Shown piece by piece: positions 46,278 through 56,417 of a stretch of DNA of 64,000 nucleotides. The first letter of the stretch is position 1. Each line of letters opens with the position of its first letter. A program made the translations under genes and the position numbers. Source of the stretch: Dehalococcoidia bacterium (GTDB lineage: Bacteria; Chloroflexota; Dehalococcoidia; Lucifugimonadales; Lucifugimonadaceae); assembly GCA_022451965.1 (NCBI GenBank), contig JAKUNJ010000008.1, positions 8,931 to 72,930 of the forward strand, written 5' to 3'. The notes below the pieces were generated by a model, which worked only from the letters and a program-made list of their open reading frames with translations, made no database searches and was not told where the DNA came from.

Positions 46278-47548
46278 GATTAGTAAAAAGTTTTTCTAAT
46301 GTAGATTGGAAACATTATGGATGGGTTATAGTTGCAGTTGGAGCAATTGCCCAAATGATTGGGTCTGCAATAAGAATGGCTTTTGGTATTATTATAGATC
46401 CTCTTGTAGAAGAATTTTCCTGGGATCCTAAATCTATTGGAATAGCATATGCGATAATGTCAATTGTAACTGCTATTTCCTCTCCAATGGCAGGATTCTG
46501 CTCAACCAAAATAGGTGCTAAAAAAACTATGTATATAGGATTAGTTCTATTCTTGATAGGAATGCTTTGGACAGCTCTTGCAACAACAATTATTGAATTT
46601 TATATTTCTTATGGAATAATTTTTGGATTCGCTCAATCTATGTTTCTTGTTCCAGTTATACCTGCTGTTGCGATTTGGTTTAAATCACGACTAGGACTTG
46701 CTACTGGACTAATTATTGGTATGTGGAGTCTAGGACCAGCTATAGTAATTCAAATTATGGGAATAATGTTGGATTCATTAGGTTGGCAAACAACATTCAT
46801 AATTAGTGGGGTTGTAGGAACCTTAATAATGATAATTGCCTTAGGTTTTTGGAAAAATACTCCTGAAGAAAAAGGAGTATTACCTTATGGAGCAGAGTTA
46901 ATTGAAAAAATAGATGAACAAGAGAGTTTATCTAAAAAATATTCTAAAAATCTACAAAAAATAGTATATGGAACAGATGCATTTTGGAGCTTAATGAATA
47001 TTCATTTTTTAGGATGCGTTGGTCATGCTGTAATTTTGATAGGATTGGTTCCATTAATGATTAGTAAAGGTATTGGATATACTGAATCAGTATTATGTTT
47101 AACCTTAATTATGGTCGTCTCAATTTCTACAAGATTTCTAACACCTATCATTGGAGACTCTATAAACCCCAAAATAATAATGTTCCTTTCATTTTTAGGT
47201 CAGGGTTTGTTTGTAATTCCATGGGCGTTTACTACAGATAAATGGATGTTTTATTTAGTTGGTATTTTATGGGCAATTCCTTATGGTGGAGAAGGAACTT
47301 TATTCCCGATAATGAATAGAAAATACTATGGTTTTTTTAGAATGGATACAACATATGGATGGCAGATACTAGCTGCAAGTTTGGGTATGGCCTTAGGAGG
47401 ATTTATCCCGGGATTAGTTTTTGATGTAACCGGTGGATATGTTTACGCAATATGGATATCTGCTTTTTTTTCATGCTTTGGTGCTTTTGTTATTCTAACC
47501 TTAGAAACCACTAAAAAAGTTATTCGCCCCTCATTCAATAATCTCTAA
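46262..47548 (+). CDS. MFS transporter, OFA-like paralog 3
   Basis: 428 aa with N-terminal HYGWVIV...FSWD and 12 TM-like segments. Confidence 0.8.
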   Translation: MSTTLRLVKSFSNVDWKHYGWVIVAVGAIAQMIGSAIRMAFGIIIDPLVEEFSWDPKSIGIAYAIMSIVTAISSPMAGFCSTKIGAKKTMYIGLVLFLIGMLWTALATTIIEFYISYGIIFGFAQSMFLVPVIPAVAIWFKSRLGLATGLIIGMWSLGPAIVIQIMGIMLDSLGWQTTFIISGVVGTLIMIIALGFWKNTPEEKGVLPYGAELIEKIDEQESLSKKYSKNLQKIVYGTDAFWSLMNIHFLGCVGHAVILIGLVPLMISKGIGYTESVLCLTLIMVVSISTRFLTPIIGDSINPKIIMFLSFLGQGLFVIPWAFTTDKWMFYLVGILWAIPYGGEGTLFPIMNRKYYGFFRMDTTYGWQILAASLGMALGGFIPGLVFDVTGGYVYAIWISAFFSCFGAFVILTLETTKKVIRPSFNNL

Positions 47549-48568
47549 TAAACAAACTGGAGCAGGAATAGAAATCTTTTCACCTGTGGGTATCAAATCT
47601 CCGTGCTCATCAATTCTGAACATGAATATATCATCTGAGTTTTCATTTGCTACTAAGCAATACTTACCGGAATTTGATATAGAAAAATTTCTAGGAGTTT
47701 TACCTTTAGTAGAAAAGTGTTTATCAAACACAAGATTACCATTATCAGAAATAATAAATTTTGATATTGAATCATGCCCTCTATTAGAACCATATAAATA
47801 ATTTTTATCTTTGGAAAAATGTATATCAGCAGTTGTGGTTTCTAAATCATAATTTTTTGGTATTGTAGAGATTATTTGATTTGAAATCAAATCAAAATTT
47901 GAATTTATTTCAAAAAAATTAATTGTTGAATCGAGTTCATTTATACTATAAGCTCTTCTATTTTTTTTATCTATGACGAAATGCCTTGGACCAGACCCAG
48001 GATCAGTTTTAAAAGACTTTGAAGATACTATTTTATAATTATTTTTATTTATTGAATATCTTATAATTTCATCAATCCCAAGGTCACAAACATAGAAGTT
48101 TTGATCATCAAGAAAATTTATTGAGTGTGCATGAGGTTCATTTTGCCTAATTTTATTTAAGCTTGATCCTTCATGAGAGATTTTTTCAATAAAGGAAATT
48201 TTGCCATTTTCAAGTTTATATGTTGAAAAATCACCTGAACTATAATTAACTACAACTAAAAAATCATTCTTACTATTTACAGCAACATGACAGGGATTAT
48301 CTCCAAAAGAAAATTCTTGATTGATTTTTTCTAGTTGATTATTGTTAATAAGATTGTAGGAAACTATTAATCCAGGATCAGAAGAACTTGATTCTCCCAC
48401 AGCATATACATTCTTATAACCACTATCAATAGCTAAGAAAGAGGGATTTAGGGGGCTTATTTCAGGAAAAGAATTTACTAATTTAAACTTTTCACGATCT
48501 TCATCAAAGTCTAAAATATAAATTCCCTCACTTTTTCTTTTAGAATATGTTCCTACTAACCAATTCAT
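47531..48568 (-). CDS. Lactonase, 7-bladed beta-propeller family (6-phosphogluconolactonase/carboxymuconate cyclase-like)
   Basis: 345 aa with repeated blade pattern, GPRHFVI, N..DSTI.FF and NENSDDIFMF. Its 3' end overlaps the convergent MFS gene by 18 nt. Confidence 0.7.
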   Translation of the reverse strand: MNWLVGTYSKRKSEGIYILDFDEDREKFKLVNSFPEISPLNPSFLAIDSGYKNVYAVGESSSSDPGLIVSYNLINNNQLEKINQEFSFGDNPCHVAVNSKNDFLVVVNYSSGDFSTYKLENGKISFIEKISHEGSSLNKIRQNEPHAHSINFLDDQNFYVCDLGIDEIIRYSINKNNYKIVSSKSFKTDPGSGPRHFVIDKKNRRAYSINELDSTINFFEINSNFDLISNQIISTIPKNYDLETTTADIHFSKDKNYLYGSNRGHDSISKFIISDNGNLVFDKHFSTKGKTPRNFSISNSGKYCLVANENSDDIFMFRIDEHGDLIPTGEKISIPAPVCLLEIIE

Positions 48569-48627
48569 AAAATAACCTCTTATTTATAAAATATATTGAT
48601 ATAGTTTAATAGATAAATAATAAAAAA

Positions 48628-48702
48628 TGGTCGGGGTGACAGGATTTGAACCTGTGACCCCTCGCTCCCAAAGCGAGTGCGCTACCGCTGCGCCACACCC
48701 CG
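48628..48702 (-). tRNA. tRNA-Pro (TGG anticodon)
   Basis: Reverse complement CGGGGTGTGGCGCAGCGGTAGCGCACTCGCTTTGGGAGCGAGGGGTCACAGGTTCAAATCCTGTCACCCCGACCA has a perfect 7-bp acceptor, anticodon loop TTTGGGA, T-loop TTCAAAT and an encoded CCA. Confidence 0.92.
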
Positions 48703-48741
48703 TAGTTATTTATTTTATACGTAAATTCTAATCAAAGTCTT

Positions 48742-49812
48742 ATGAAAATAACAAAAATTGAAGTACTATATCCAAGTTATAAAACTTCTCTGAAAGACTG
48801 GAGACCAAATCTATGGCAAATTATAACTAAAATTCATACAGATAAAAATAAAGTTATTGGATATGGAACAGGTGGTGGAGGCTTAGCTTCCGTAAATGTT
48901 ATAAATGGTCACCTGTCAAAAATTATATCAAAAGCTAATATAGAAAAAATCGAAGATATTTCTGATTTATTTAATAAGATGTACATACAAAGTATCCCAT
49001 ATGGTAGAGGTGGGATAGCTTCGATGGCAATTTCAGGAATAGATTTGGCGATATGGGATGCATTTAGCAAATACTACGAAATTCCAATAAAAAATTTATT
49101 AAATAATAAAAGTGAAAAACACATTTCTGATATTAATACTTATGCAACAGGAAATGATGTAAAAACCTATAATGAACTAGGATTTATCAATTATAAACTA
49201 AGTGTAAGGTCATCTAATAATTTTATTGAAGATAAAAAAAAGCTGACTAAAAAAATAAAAGAAATTAGAAAGATTTTTAGTAATTCTAACAAGATTATGT
49301 TGGACTCTTATATGTCTTGGGATATAGATTACACAATTAAGATGTCAGAAGGCCTTAAGGATTTAGATATATTTTGGTTTGAGGATGTATCAACTCCTGA
49401 TGAAATATTAAATTCTAGTTCTATTTTGGATAAGTTAAATGGAATTTTTTTAGCTGGAGGTGAACATGACTTAAATTATGAAAATTTTTCTAATATGAAA
49501 AAAAATAATACATATCATTTTTGGCAACCTGACATTACATGGTGCGGAGGAATTAGTGCATTACTAAAAATAATTAAAATTTCAAATGAGGGTTATCCCA
49601 TAATATTACATAGGGGAGGTGAACCTTGGGGTTTACCAATGATCCAATCTGGATTGGTAAAAAATCTAGCTGAAATTCATAGTCCCAAAGATAAAAAAAT
49701 TTCAATGGAAAAATGGGATAATAATTCTATATTGAGTTTTGATGAAGGAAAATTAAGACTAAATGAATATTTAGGTTTTGGAGCTGAACCTAAAAAAGGT
49801 ATTTTTGAATGA
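48742..49812 (+). CDS. Enolase-superfamily (mandelate racemase-like) protein, divergent paralog
   Basis: 356 aa with ISGIDLAIWDAFSKYYEIPIKNLL, MLDSYMSW, FWFEDV and LAGGEHD (metal-ligand-like positions). Confidence 0.65.
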   Translation: MKITKIEVLYPSYKTSLKDWRPNLWQIITKIHTDKNKVIGYGTGGGGLASVNVINGHLSKIISKANIEKIEDISDLFNKMYIQSIPYGRGGIASMAISGIDLAIWDAFSKYYEIPIKNLLNNKSEKHISDINTYATGNDVKTYNELGFINYKLSVRSSNNFIEDKKKLTKKIKEIRKIFSNSNKIMLDSYMSWDIDYTIKMSEGLKDLDIFWFEDVSTPDEILNSSSILDKLNGIFLAGGEHDLNYENFSNMKKNNTYHFWQPDITWCGGISALLKIIKISNEGYPIILHRGGEPWGLPMIQSGLVKNLAEIHSPKDKKISMEKWDNNSILSFDEGKLRLNEYLGFGAEPKKGIFE

Positions 49813-50663
49813 TTAACACAAAAAAAGAACTAATTTTCTTGGGTACAGGTACTTCAGAAGGAGTTCCAAGAGTCAGTTGCTTAACCAATGGACTTGGTTG
49901 CAAAGTGTGTTGCAATGCAATGAAGCCTAACTCAAAAAATAGAAGATTTAATACCAGCGCAATGATAAGAATTATGAGAAATGGAAATACAAAAAATATA
50001 TTAATTGATGCAGGAAAATTTTTTTATCAATCAGCAATAAAATGGTTCCCAAAATATAAAATTAATAAAATTGACGCTGTAATTCTTACCCATGCACATC
50101 AAGATGCTGCAGGTGGTTTTGATGATCTTAGAGACTGGACAAACAATACTCAATCAAATATACCTATATACCTTAGAAACGAAGATTTAGAGGTAATAAA
50201 GAAAACATTCTATTACCTTGTTGATACTTCAAATATTACATCTGGTGGGACAGTTGCAAAATTAAGTTTTAATATAATTGATGAAAATTTTACTATTATA
50301 GAAGAAGAAAAAATAAAACATTTGAAAGTAAATCATGGTAAAAATTATTTTGCAAATGGATACAGAATTGATAATCTTTCTTACATAAGTGATTGCTCTT
50401 ATATTCCTAAAGAAACAATGGATAGAATATCAGGAAGTGAAATAATTATTTTAGATGCATTAAGATTCAAGGAGCACAAATCTCATTTTAACTTAGAAAA
50501 GGCGATAGAAACTGCGATAAGTATTAAGCCTAAATATGCCTATTTCACGGATATATGTCATGATATTGATCATTACGAAACAAATAGATTTCTAAAAAAA
50601 ATTTCAAAAGAAACTAATATAAAGATGCAATTAGCATACGATGGCCAAAGAATTATATTTTAA
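49809..50663 (+). CDS. MBL-fold metallo-hydrolase, PhnP-like
   Basis: 284 aa with N-terminal LGTGTSEGVPRVSCL..GCKVCC (PhnP-like Cys cluster) and THAHQDAAGG (HxHxD motif). Its start overlaps the enolase stop (ATGA). Confidence 0.6.
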   Translation: MINTKKELIFLGTGTSEGVPRVSCLTNGLGCKVCCNAMKPNSKNRRFNTSAMIRIMRNGNTKNILIDAGKFFYQSAIKWFPKYKINKIDAVILTHAHQDAAGGFDDLRDWTNNTQSNIPIYLRNEDLEVIKKTFYYLVDTSNITSGGTVAKLSFNIIDENFTIIEEEKIKHLKVNHGKNYFANGYRIDNLSYISDCSYIPKETMDRISGSEIIILDALRFKEHKSHFNLEKAIETAISIKPKYAYFTDICHDIDHYETNRFLKKISKETNIKMQLAYDGQRIIF

Positions 50664-50664
50664 T

Positions 50665-51837
50665 TTAGTCTTTAGAAGATTTTGTAGTAAGTCTTAAAGT
50701 TAGATATCCTAATATACCTGCTAATAACGATGCCAATAAAACTCCTAGTCTTACAGATGTTTGATATTCTGGATCCGTAAAAGCTAAACTTCCTATGAAC
50801 AAACTCATAGTAAATCCAATTCCAGTTACCAATGAAAGACCATAATATTGAGCCCAAGAAATATCAGGCGGTAACTTACAAAGCCTTAACAAGCTTCCTA
50901 TGTAAGTAAATGACATAACTCCAATTTGTTTTCCAAAAAATAACCCCAATATAATCCCTAGGGTTACTGGATCCCATAAAAGATTCAATTCCATACCTGA
51001 AAATGAAACTCCTGCATTTGCAAACGCAAAGATTGGTAGAATAGTGAAATTAACCCAAGGTTCTATTGAGTGTTCTAATTTTGACAATGGAGAATGATCT
51101 GAAGAATTATTTGATCTTAATGGTATAAATTGAGCCAACAACACACCTGCCAAACTAGCATGTATTCCGGACTTTAGAACAAAAATCCAAAGTAAAATTC
51201 CTATAATAATATAAGGTGACAATTTATGAATTTTTCTATTATTTAATACAAATAAAACAAGTGTGCTTATAGTGGCAAAAACTAGGTTGTTAATCGATAA
51301 ATCAGATGTATAAAATGATGCAATAATTATTATCGCCATTAGATCATCAATAATTGCAATGGCTACCAATGTTACTTTTAGAGATATAGGTACCCTATTA
51401 CCTAACAATGTAACTACACCTAGTGCAAATGCTATATCAGTTGCAGTAGGAATAGCCCATCCATTAGTAGTTAATTCATTACCAATATTTAGGCTTAGAT
51501 AAATTACTGCAGGAATTGTTATTCCGCCTATGGCAGCAACTGCAGGCAAACTAAACTGCTCTCTTGAAGATAAATGGCCTTGAATTAATTCTCTCTTAAT
51601 TTCTAGTCCAACCAAAAGAAAAAAAATAGCCATTAGCCCGTCATTGATCCAATGATGAAAATCTTTATCGATTGAGAAGTTAAAAATCTTAATACTTATA
51701 GAACTATGTAAAAGTTTCGAATAAGAATCACTTAAGAAAGAATTTTCAACAAGAATTGCTGCAATAGCAGCTAAAAGTAATAAAATTCCAGGAGCAGATT
51801 TTATTTGGAAAAATTTCCTTATGGTTTCTATGAGCAT
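50665..51837 (-). CDS. nhaA: Na+/H+ antiporter NhaA
   Basis: 390 aa with WINDGLMAIFFLLVGLEIKRE and AIIDDL. Confidence 0.9.
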   Translation of the reverse strand: MLIETIRKFFQIKSAPGILLLLAAIAAILVENSFLSDSYSKLLHSSISIKIFNFSIDKDFHHWINDGLMAIFFLLVGLEIKRELIQGHLSSREQFSLPAVAAIGGITIPAVIYLSLNIGNELTTNGWAIPTATDIAFALGVVTLLGNRVPISLKVTLVAIAIIDDLMAIIIIASFYTSDLSINNLVFATISTLVLFVLNNRKIHKLSPYIIIGILLWIFVLKSGIHASLAGVLLAQFIPLRSNNSSDHSPLSKLEHSIEPWVNFTILPIFAFANAGVSFSGMELNLLWDPVTLGIILGLFFGKQIGVMSFTYIGSLLRLCKLPPDISWAQYYGLSLVTGIGFTMSLFIGSLAFTDPEYQTSVRLGVLLASLLAGILGYLTLRLTTKSSKD

Positions 51838-51879
51838 TTTTTAATTTGGAGATATATTTGATAACAAATTTAGTAAACT

Positions 51880-52764
51880 TTACCTAATAATATTCTTTGG
51901 CTTCCAAAACTTTTTTGAATGATCAAATGATAATAAACCAATGAATTTTCTACTATAATTATATATTTTGATATCATCATAATTCAATGAATTTATATTC
52001 AAATTTTCTGAATTAAAAACTTTACCATTATAATAATTATTTTCCATTTGAATATCAAAAAGTAATTTTTTATTATCACTAAAAATTAAGTCTGTAGATA
52101 AAAGTTTATCCTCTATTTCTTCAAAATCTTTTATATCTATAGAGCTCTTTATTTGAAATGGACCATAATTGATTCTAGATAAGTTAATTAATGTAGCTAA
52201 ACTATCAAGACTTTCAGCTAAGTCATTAACTAAACTTCTTATATAAAAACCACTAGAACAATTAATTGAGATAGTTAATATAGGAGATTCCCAACTAATT
52301 ACTTTTATGCTGTTAACTTTTACTTTACGTGAATCAATTTTGACTCTTTCATTTTTTCTTGCATATTCATATAGTCTTTTACCGTTCTTTTTTATCGCAC
52401 TATATTTTGGTGGTACTTGTTCTATTTCTCCCAAAAAACTAGAAAGTTTCTTAGCTATCAAATCCAAATCTTTGGGAATTTTATTAGTTTCATTTAATAT
52501 TTCTCCCTCTAAATCAAATGTTGAAGTTGAATAGCCAAACCTTATTTCAGCAATATAAGATTTCATAAATGTTTGAAAGTAGTTAAAATATTTTGTGGTG
52601 TCATTTATTAATAGTGGAAGTATCCCCGTAGCAAGTGGATCAAGAGTACCAGCATGACCTATTTTTCTAAATTTATACCTTGACTTAATCTTTCTTAATA
52701 CGTCATTTGAGGTCCATTTATAGGGTTTATTTATAATGAATATACCACTTTTATGAAAATTCAT
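51880..52764 (-). CDS. truB: tRNA pseudouridine(55) synthase
   Basis: 294 aa with KIGHAGTLDPLATGILPL and QVPPKYSAIK. Confidence 0.9.
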   Translation of the reverse strand: MNFHKSGIFIINKPYKWTSNDVLRKIKSRYKFRKIGHAGTLDPLATGILPLLINDTTKYFNYFQTFMKSYIAEIRFGYSTSTFDLEGEILNETNKIPKDLDLIAKKLSSFLGEIEQVPPKYSAIKKNGKRLYEYARKNERVKIDSRKVKVNSIKVISWESPILTISINCSSGFYIRSLVNDLAESLDSLATLINLSRINYGPFQIKSSIDIKDFEEIEDKLLSTDLIFSDNKKLLFDIQMENNYYNGKVFNSENLNINSLNYDDIKIYNYSRKFIGLLSFDHSKKFWKPKNIIR

Positions 52765-52769
52765 TAGTT

Positions 52770-53120
52770 CTATTTTTCAGAAGAAACTTCATTAATTAAT
52801 TCATCGATCTGTTTTTGAAATTCAGACGATTTATCTAAAAAAAACTTAATTTTTGGTGTTCTAGACGTCCTTACTTTACTTGAGATTATTTTTTGAAAAT
52901 AAAAAGCTTTATCATTTAAGTTTTCAATTATTTGATCAATATATTCATTAGAAGGATTGTAGATACTTACGAATACCTTACTAAAGGAGAAGTCTTTACT
53001 GGTATCAACACTCATTATAGAAATCATAGAAACTTCAGAGGCTAATTCATCAAGATTTGAAATGGATTCACCGATAATCTTCTTAAGAGTGTTATTAAAT
53101 TTTTGAATTCTAAAATCCAT
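52770..53120 (-). CDS. rbfA: Ribosome-binding factor A
   Basis: 116 aa with an RbfA-like pattern. The position between infB and truB is conserved. Confidence 0.8.
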   Translation of the reverse strand: MDFRIQKFNNTLKKIIGESISNLDELASEVSMISIMSVDTSKDFSFSKVFVSIYNPSNEYIDQIIENLNDKAFYFQKIISSKVRTSRTPKIKFFLDKSSEFQKQIDELINEVSSEK

Positions 53121-53127
53121 AAAGTTC

Positions 53128-54909
53128 TTATCTCAATTCATAACATTCTAAAACATCATCTACTCGAATATCATGAAATCCATTTAATACAATTCCACCT
53201 TCAATATTATTCTTTAATTCAGTTACATTTTGAGTTAGATGCCTCATAGACTCAACACCACCATCAAATATAGTTTCGTCATTTCTGATTAATCTTATTC
53301 TCGCATTTCTTGTCATATTTCCTTCGAATACTCTTACACCAGCTATTTTCTGAACCTTTCCTCTAGGGAATACTTCAAGAATTCGGGCAGAGCCAATATT
53401 CATTTCGGATTTTTCTTTACCTTTCAGTCCTTCAATTATTTCCTTGATCTCATCAACTAATGTATAGATGATATCAAAAGTTCTTATTGGTATATTATTT
53501 GTTTCAGATTGGCTTACTGCACCACCTTGAACAATAGTTTGAAAAGCTACAATAATACAATCTTCAGCACTTGTAGCCAACATTACATCAGATTCTGTAA
53601 CAGCTCCAACAGATCCTGAAATTATTTTTACTTGTATTTCTTCGCTAGTTAAGTCATTTACAACTTGTTCTACTGCTGTAAGGGCACCATTAGATCCAGT
53701 TTTTATTACAATATTAATTTCTTTATCTTTTGAAGCCTTGGCTCTTTTGACTACTTGAGACAATGTTGTAATTTTAGAATTTGATGTTTGTTTATCTCTA
53801 TTCCTTTGTTGAATAATTTTTCTTGCTTGTTTTTCATCTTTCACAACTTCAACTATATCTCCAATATTACTTATACCTGATATACCCATTATTTGAATGG
53901 GAGTGGATGGTTTTGCTAATTTGATTTCTTTTGAATATCCATCAATCATTTGACGAATCTTACCTGAATTATTGCCAGAAACTAATATATCACCTTGGTT
54001 GAATGAACCAGACTTAACCAATACTGTAGAAATAGATCCTTTCTTTGGATCATTATATGATTCAATTATTACACCTTTTCCTGAGTTTTTAGTGTTAGAT
54101 TGTAACTCGTTAATTTCGGATAGTAAGGTTATCGATTCAAGTAATTCATCAATACCTTCACCCTTAAGTGCTGAAACCTGTACTGAAAGTACTTCTCCAC
54201 CATAATCTTCTACAATAATTTCATGTTCAGTTAATTGGCTTTTTACTTTATCTATATCTGCACCCTCTAAATCACATTTGTTTATAGCGACAATCATTGG
54301 CACATTAGCATTTTTAGCATGATTAATTGACTCAATAGTTTGTGGCATGAGACCATCATCAGCAGCAACAACTAAAACTACAATATCAGTAACACTTGTT
54401 CCAGATACTCTCATTGAAGAAAAAGCTTCATGACCTGGAGTATCAATAAAAGTCATTTCAGATCCGTTGTGATTTACCTGATATGCACCAATTTTTTGTG
54501 TGATTCCTCCATACTCTCCATCAACTACATTTGTTTTTCTAATAGAATCAAGTAGTGTGGTTTTACCATGATCTACATGACCTAGAACTGTAATCACAGG
54601 AGCTCTCTTTTCTCCCTGATTTTCTGTATTTGAATCTATAGACGACCCTACCTTTAAGGCACTAGAATTATCCACTGATTCTCTAGGTTTGAGCACCGGA
54701 ATTTCAAATGATTGCGCTACTCTTGCAGCTATAGAAAAATCAATTTCTTGATTTACTGATGCCATAATACCAAGCTTCATTAATACCTTAATCACATCAA
54801 CCTGTGATTCATCAAGTGTTTCAGCTAAATCACCTACTGTAATTGTTAATGGTAATGAAACTGGAGATTTTATCTCGTCATTGGTGCTATCTTGTCCCAT
54901 TGTTGTCAA
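53128..54909 (-). CDS. infB: Translation initiation factor IF-2 (short form)
   Basis: 593 aa with G-domain motifs GHVDHGKTT, DTPGHEAF and NKCD, plus IF-2 C-terminal domains. Confidence 0.95.
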   Translation of the reverse strand: MTTMGQDSTNDEIKSPVSLPLTITVGDLAETLDESQVDVIKVLMKLGIMASVNQEIDFSIAARVAQSFEIPVLKPRESVDNSSALKVGSSIDSNTENQGEKRAPVITVLGHVDHGKTTLLDSIRKTNVVDGEYGGITQKIGAYQVNHNGSEMTFIDTPGHEAFSSMRVSGTSVTDIVVLVVAADDGLMPQTIESINHAKNANVPMIVAINKCDLEGADIDKVKSQLTEHEIIVEDYGGEVLSVQVSALKGEGIDELLESITLLSEINELQSNTKNSGKGVIIESYNDPKKGSISTVLVKSGSFNQGDILVSGNNSGKIRQMIDGYSKEIKLAKPSTPIQIMGISGISNIGDIVEVVKDEKQARKIIQQRNRDKQTSNSKITTLSQVVKRAKASKDKEINIVIKTGSNGALTAVEQVVNDLTSEEIQVKIISGSVGAVTESDVMLATSAEDCIIVAFQTIVQGGAVSQSETNNIPIRTFDIIYTLVDEIKEIIEGLKGKEKSEMNIGSARILEVFPRGKVQKIAGVRVFEGNMTRNARIRLIRNDETIFDGGVESMRHLTQNVTELKNNIEGGIVLNGFHDIRVDDVLECYELR

Positions 54910-54922
54910 ATAAATCCCCTAT

Positions 54923-56368
54923 TTATCTTTTATTTTTTCTTTTTCGATCAGATTTCTTAGAATTTCTATCATCTGATTTAAAATTATTTAATGATTCTAT
55001 GTCTTCAGCAAATCTAATAGTATCATCGGATTTTTCAGAACCTTTAGCCCCACCTAAGTCCCATATATCTTCAGATGAAAAATCTAGGATATCTTCTTTT
55101 TGTTTCTGTAAGATTTTCTCTTTCTCTTCTTTTTCTTCTAATTCTTGAATTTCCTTTTCTAATGCCATTAACTCAGCTGAGTCATCTACTAAATCTTCTT
55201 GTAGCAAAATTTCTTCCTCCATAGTTTGAACAACTTCTGATACTTCTTCTTTTTCTGATTCAGTAATATTTTCTTTAGTTTCGGTTATTTCAATTTGCAC
55301 ATCTTTTATCTCTTCAGCAATTTCTTTTATTTGATCTTCTTCGGGTTGAACATCAATTTTCCATAATGTTAATTTTGCAGCCAATCTAGCATTTTGACCT
55401 TCTTTACCAATAGCTAAAGAAAGTTGTTTTCTTGGCACAATAACAAGGGCTGTTCTGTCGTCTTCATTAATTTGAACTTTAGTAACATTAGCTGGAGATA
55501 ATGAATTCGTAATCAATACTCTAGGATCTTCATCCCAATCAACAACATCAATTTTTTCACCCAGAAGCTCATTGACTACATTCTGAATTCTAATTCCTCT
55601 AAGTCCAACACAAGCTCCTACTGCATCAACTTCTGGATCTTCTGAATATACTGCAACTTTTGATCTAGCTCCAGCCTCTCTAGATAATGCTTTTATTTCG
55701 ACTATTCCAGTAGTAATTTCTGGAACTTCGGTTTCAAATAATTTTCTAAGAAGATCTGGATGAGTTCTTGAAACTATAATTTCTGGACCTCTAGCAGATC
55801 TTTGGACCTCAGTAACAAAAAACTTTAGCTTTTGTCCTACTCTATATCTTTCATAGTAAGTTTGCTCTGAAGGGGGCATCAAAGCTGTGGTTCTACCTAT
55901 ATCCACAAATACATTTTTAGAATCTATCCTTTGAATAGTTCCTATAATTACTTGACCTTTTTTATCAGCAAATTTCCCGAATACTAAATCTCTTTCAGCT
56001 TCTCTAAGCTTCTGGAGTACAACTTGTTTTGCAGTTTGAGCAGCTATTCTTCCTGGATTATATTCCATAAATCCTGTTTCAATAAAATCTCCAACTCGTA
56101 AATCTTTATTAATTTTTTGAGCTTCTTCTTCTGATATTTCCGATAAAGGATCTTCAATAGCATCTTTTTCTATGACATTAAGAATTGTTTTTACAATCAC
56201 ATCACCAGTTTCTGAGTCAACTTCAACAAGTATATCTTGTCCTTTTGCAGCAGGATCTTTTCTATAAGCTGAAGCTAATGCTTCCTTAACTGCAGAGACA
56301 ACTATTGATTGTGGCAGATTTCTTTCAGCTGCCAATTGCGTTAAGGCTAAGAAAAGTTCATTCTTCAA
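54923..56368 (-). CDS. nusA: Transcription termination/antitermination factor NusA
   Basis: 481 aa with a TTG start 5 nt after GGAGG. Has the N-terminal domain, S1 and KH1/KH2 (GACVGLRGIRIQNV, AIGKEGQNARLAAKLT), then a low-complexity acidic and basic tail of about 135 aa. Confidence 0.9.
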   Translation of the reverse strand: MKNELFLALTQLAAERNLPQSIVVSAVKEALASAYRKDPAAKGQDILVEVDSETGDVIVKTILNVIEKDAIEDPLSEISEEEAQKINKDLRVGDFIETGFMEYNPGRIAAQTAKQVVLQKLREAERDLVFGKFADKKGQVIIGTIQRIDSKNVFVDIGRTTALMPPSEQTYYERYRVGQKLKFFVTEVQRSARGPEIIVSRTHPDLLRKLFETEVPEITTGIVEIKALSREAGARSKVAVYSEDPEVDAVGACVGLRGIRIQNVVNELLGEKIDVVDWDEDPRVLITNSLSPANVTKVQINEDDRTALVIVPRKQLSLAIGKEGQNARLAAKLTLWKIDVQPEEDQIKEIAEEIKDVQIEITETKENITESEKEEVSEVVQTMEEEILLQEDLVDDSAELMALEKEIQELEEKEEKEKILQKQKEDILDFSSEDIWDLGGAKGSEKSDDTIRFAEDIESLNNFKSDDRNSKKSDRKRKNKR

Positions 56369-56392
56369 AGTTACCTCCTAGATAACTGTTAA

Positions 56393-56417
56393 CAAAAAAA
56401 AGTGAGCAAAGCCCACC
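56393..56417 (-). terminator. Intrinsic terminator-like hairpin plus U-tract between proS and nusA
   Basis: The minus-strand RNA is GUGGGC-UUU-GCUCAC followed by UUUUUUUU. The stem is 6 bp including one G-U, with a 3-nt loop. It lies 67 nt after the proS stop and about 25 nt before the nusA SD. Confidence 0.55.

Noticed and set aside
54843-55148. 101-aa plus-strand ORF spanning the infB/nusA junction. The other antisense or overlapping track ORFs are similar: 1165-1350, 1347-1541, 1666-1869, 2833-3033, 4230-4484, 8135-8359, 11413-11598, 12531-12746, 13106-13342, 16743-16934, 17995-18198, 19879-20079, 21206-21457, 24159-24377, 31176-31403, 31829-32101, 33390-33596, 33861-34043, 36856-37101, 37465-37647, 39474-39689, 39654-39923, 44439-44708, 46315-46509, 47586-47801, 50672-50857, 52307-52534, 53972-54205, 59538-59798 and 63448-63633.
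   Set aside because: All lie inside, and antisense to or out of frame with, well-supported conserved genes. Their compositions are low-complexity Phe/Ser/Ile/Leu-rich, as expected from the complement of Lys/Glu/Asn-rich AT-biased coding sequence. They have no SD and no recognisable motifs, so they are shadow ORFs.
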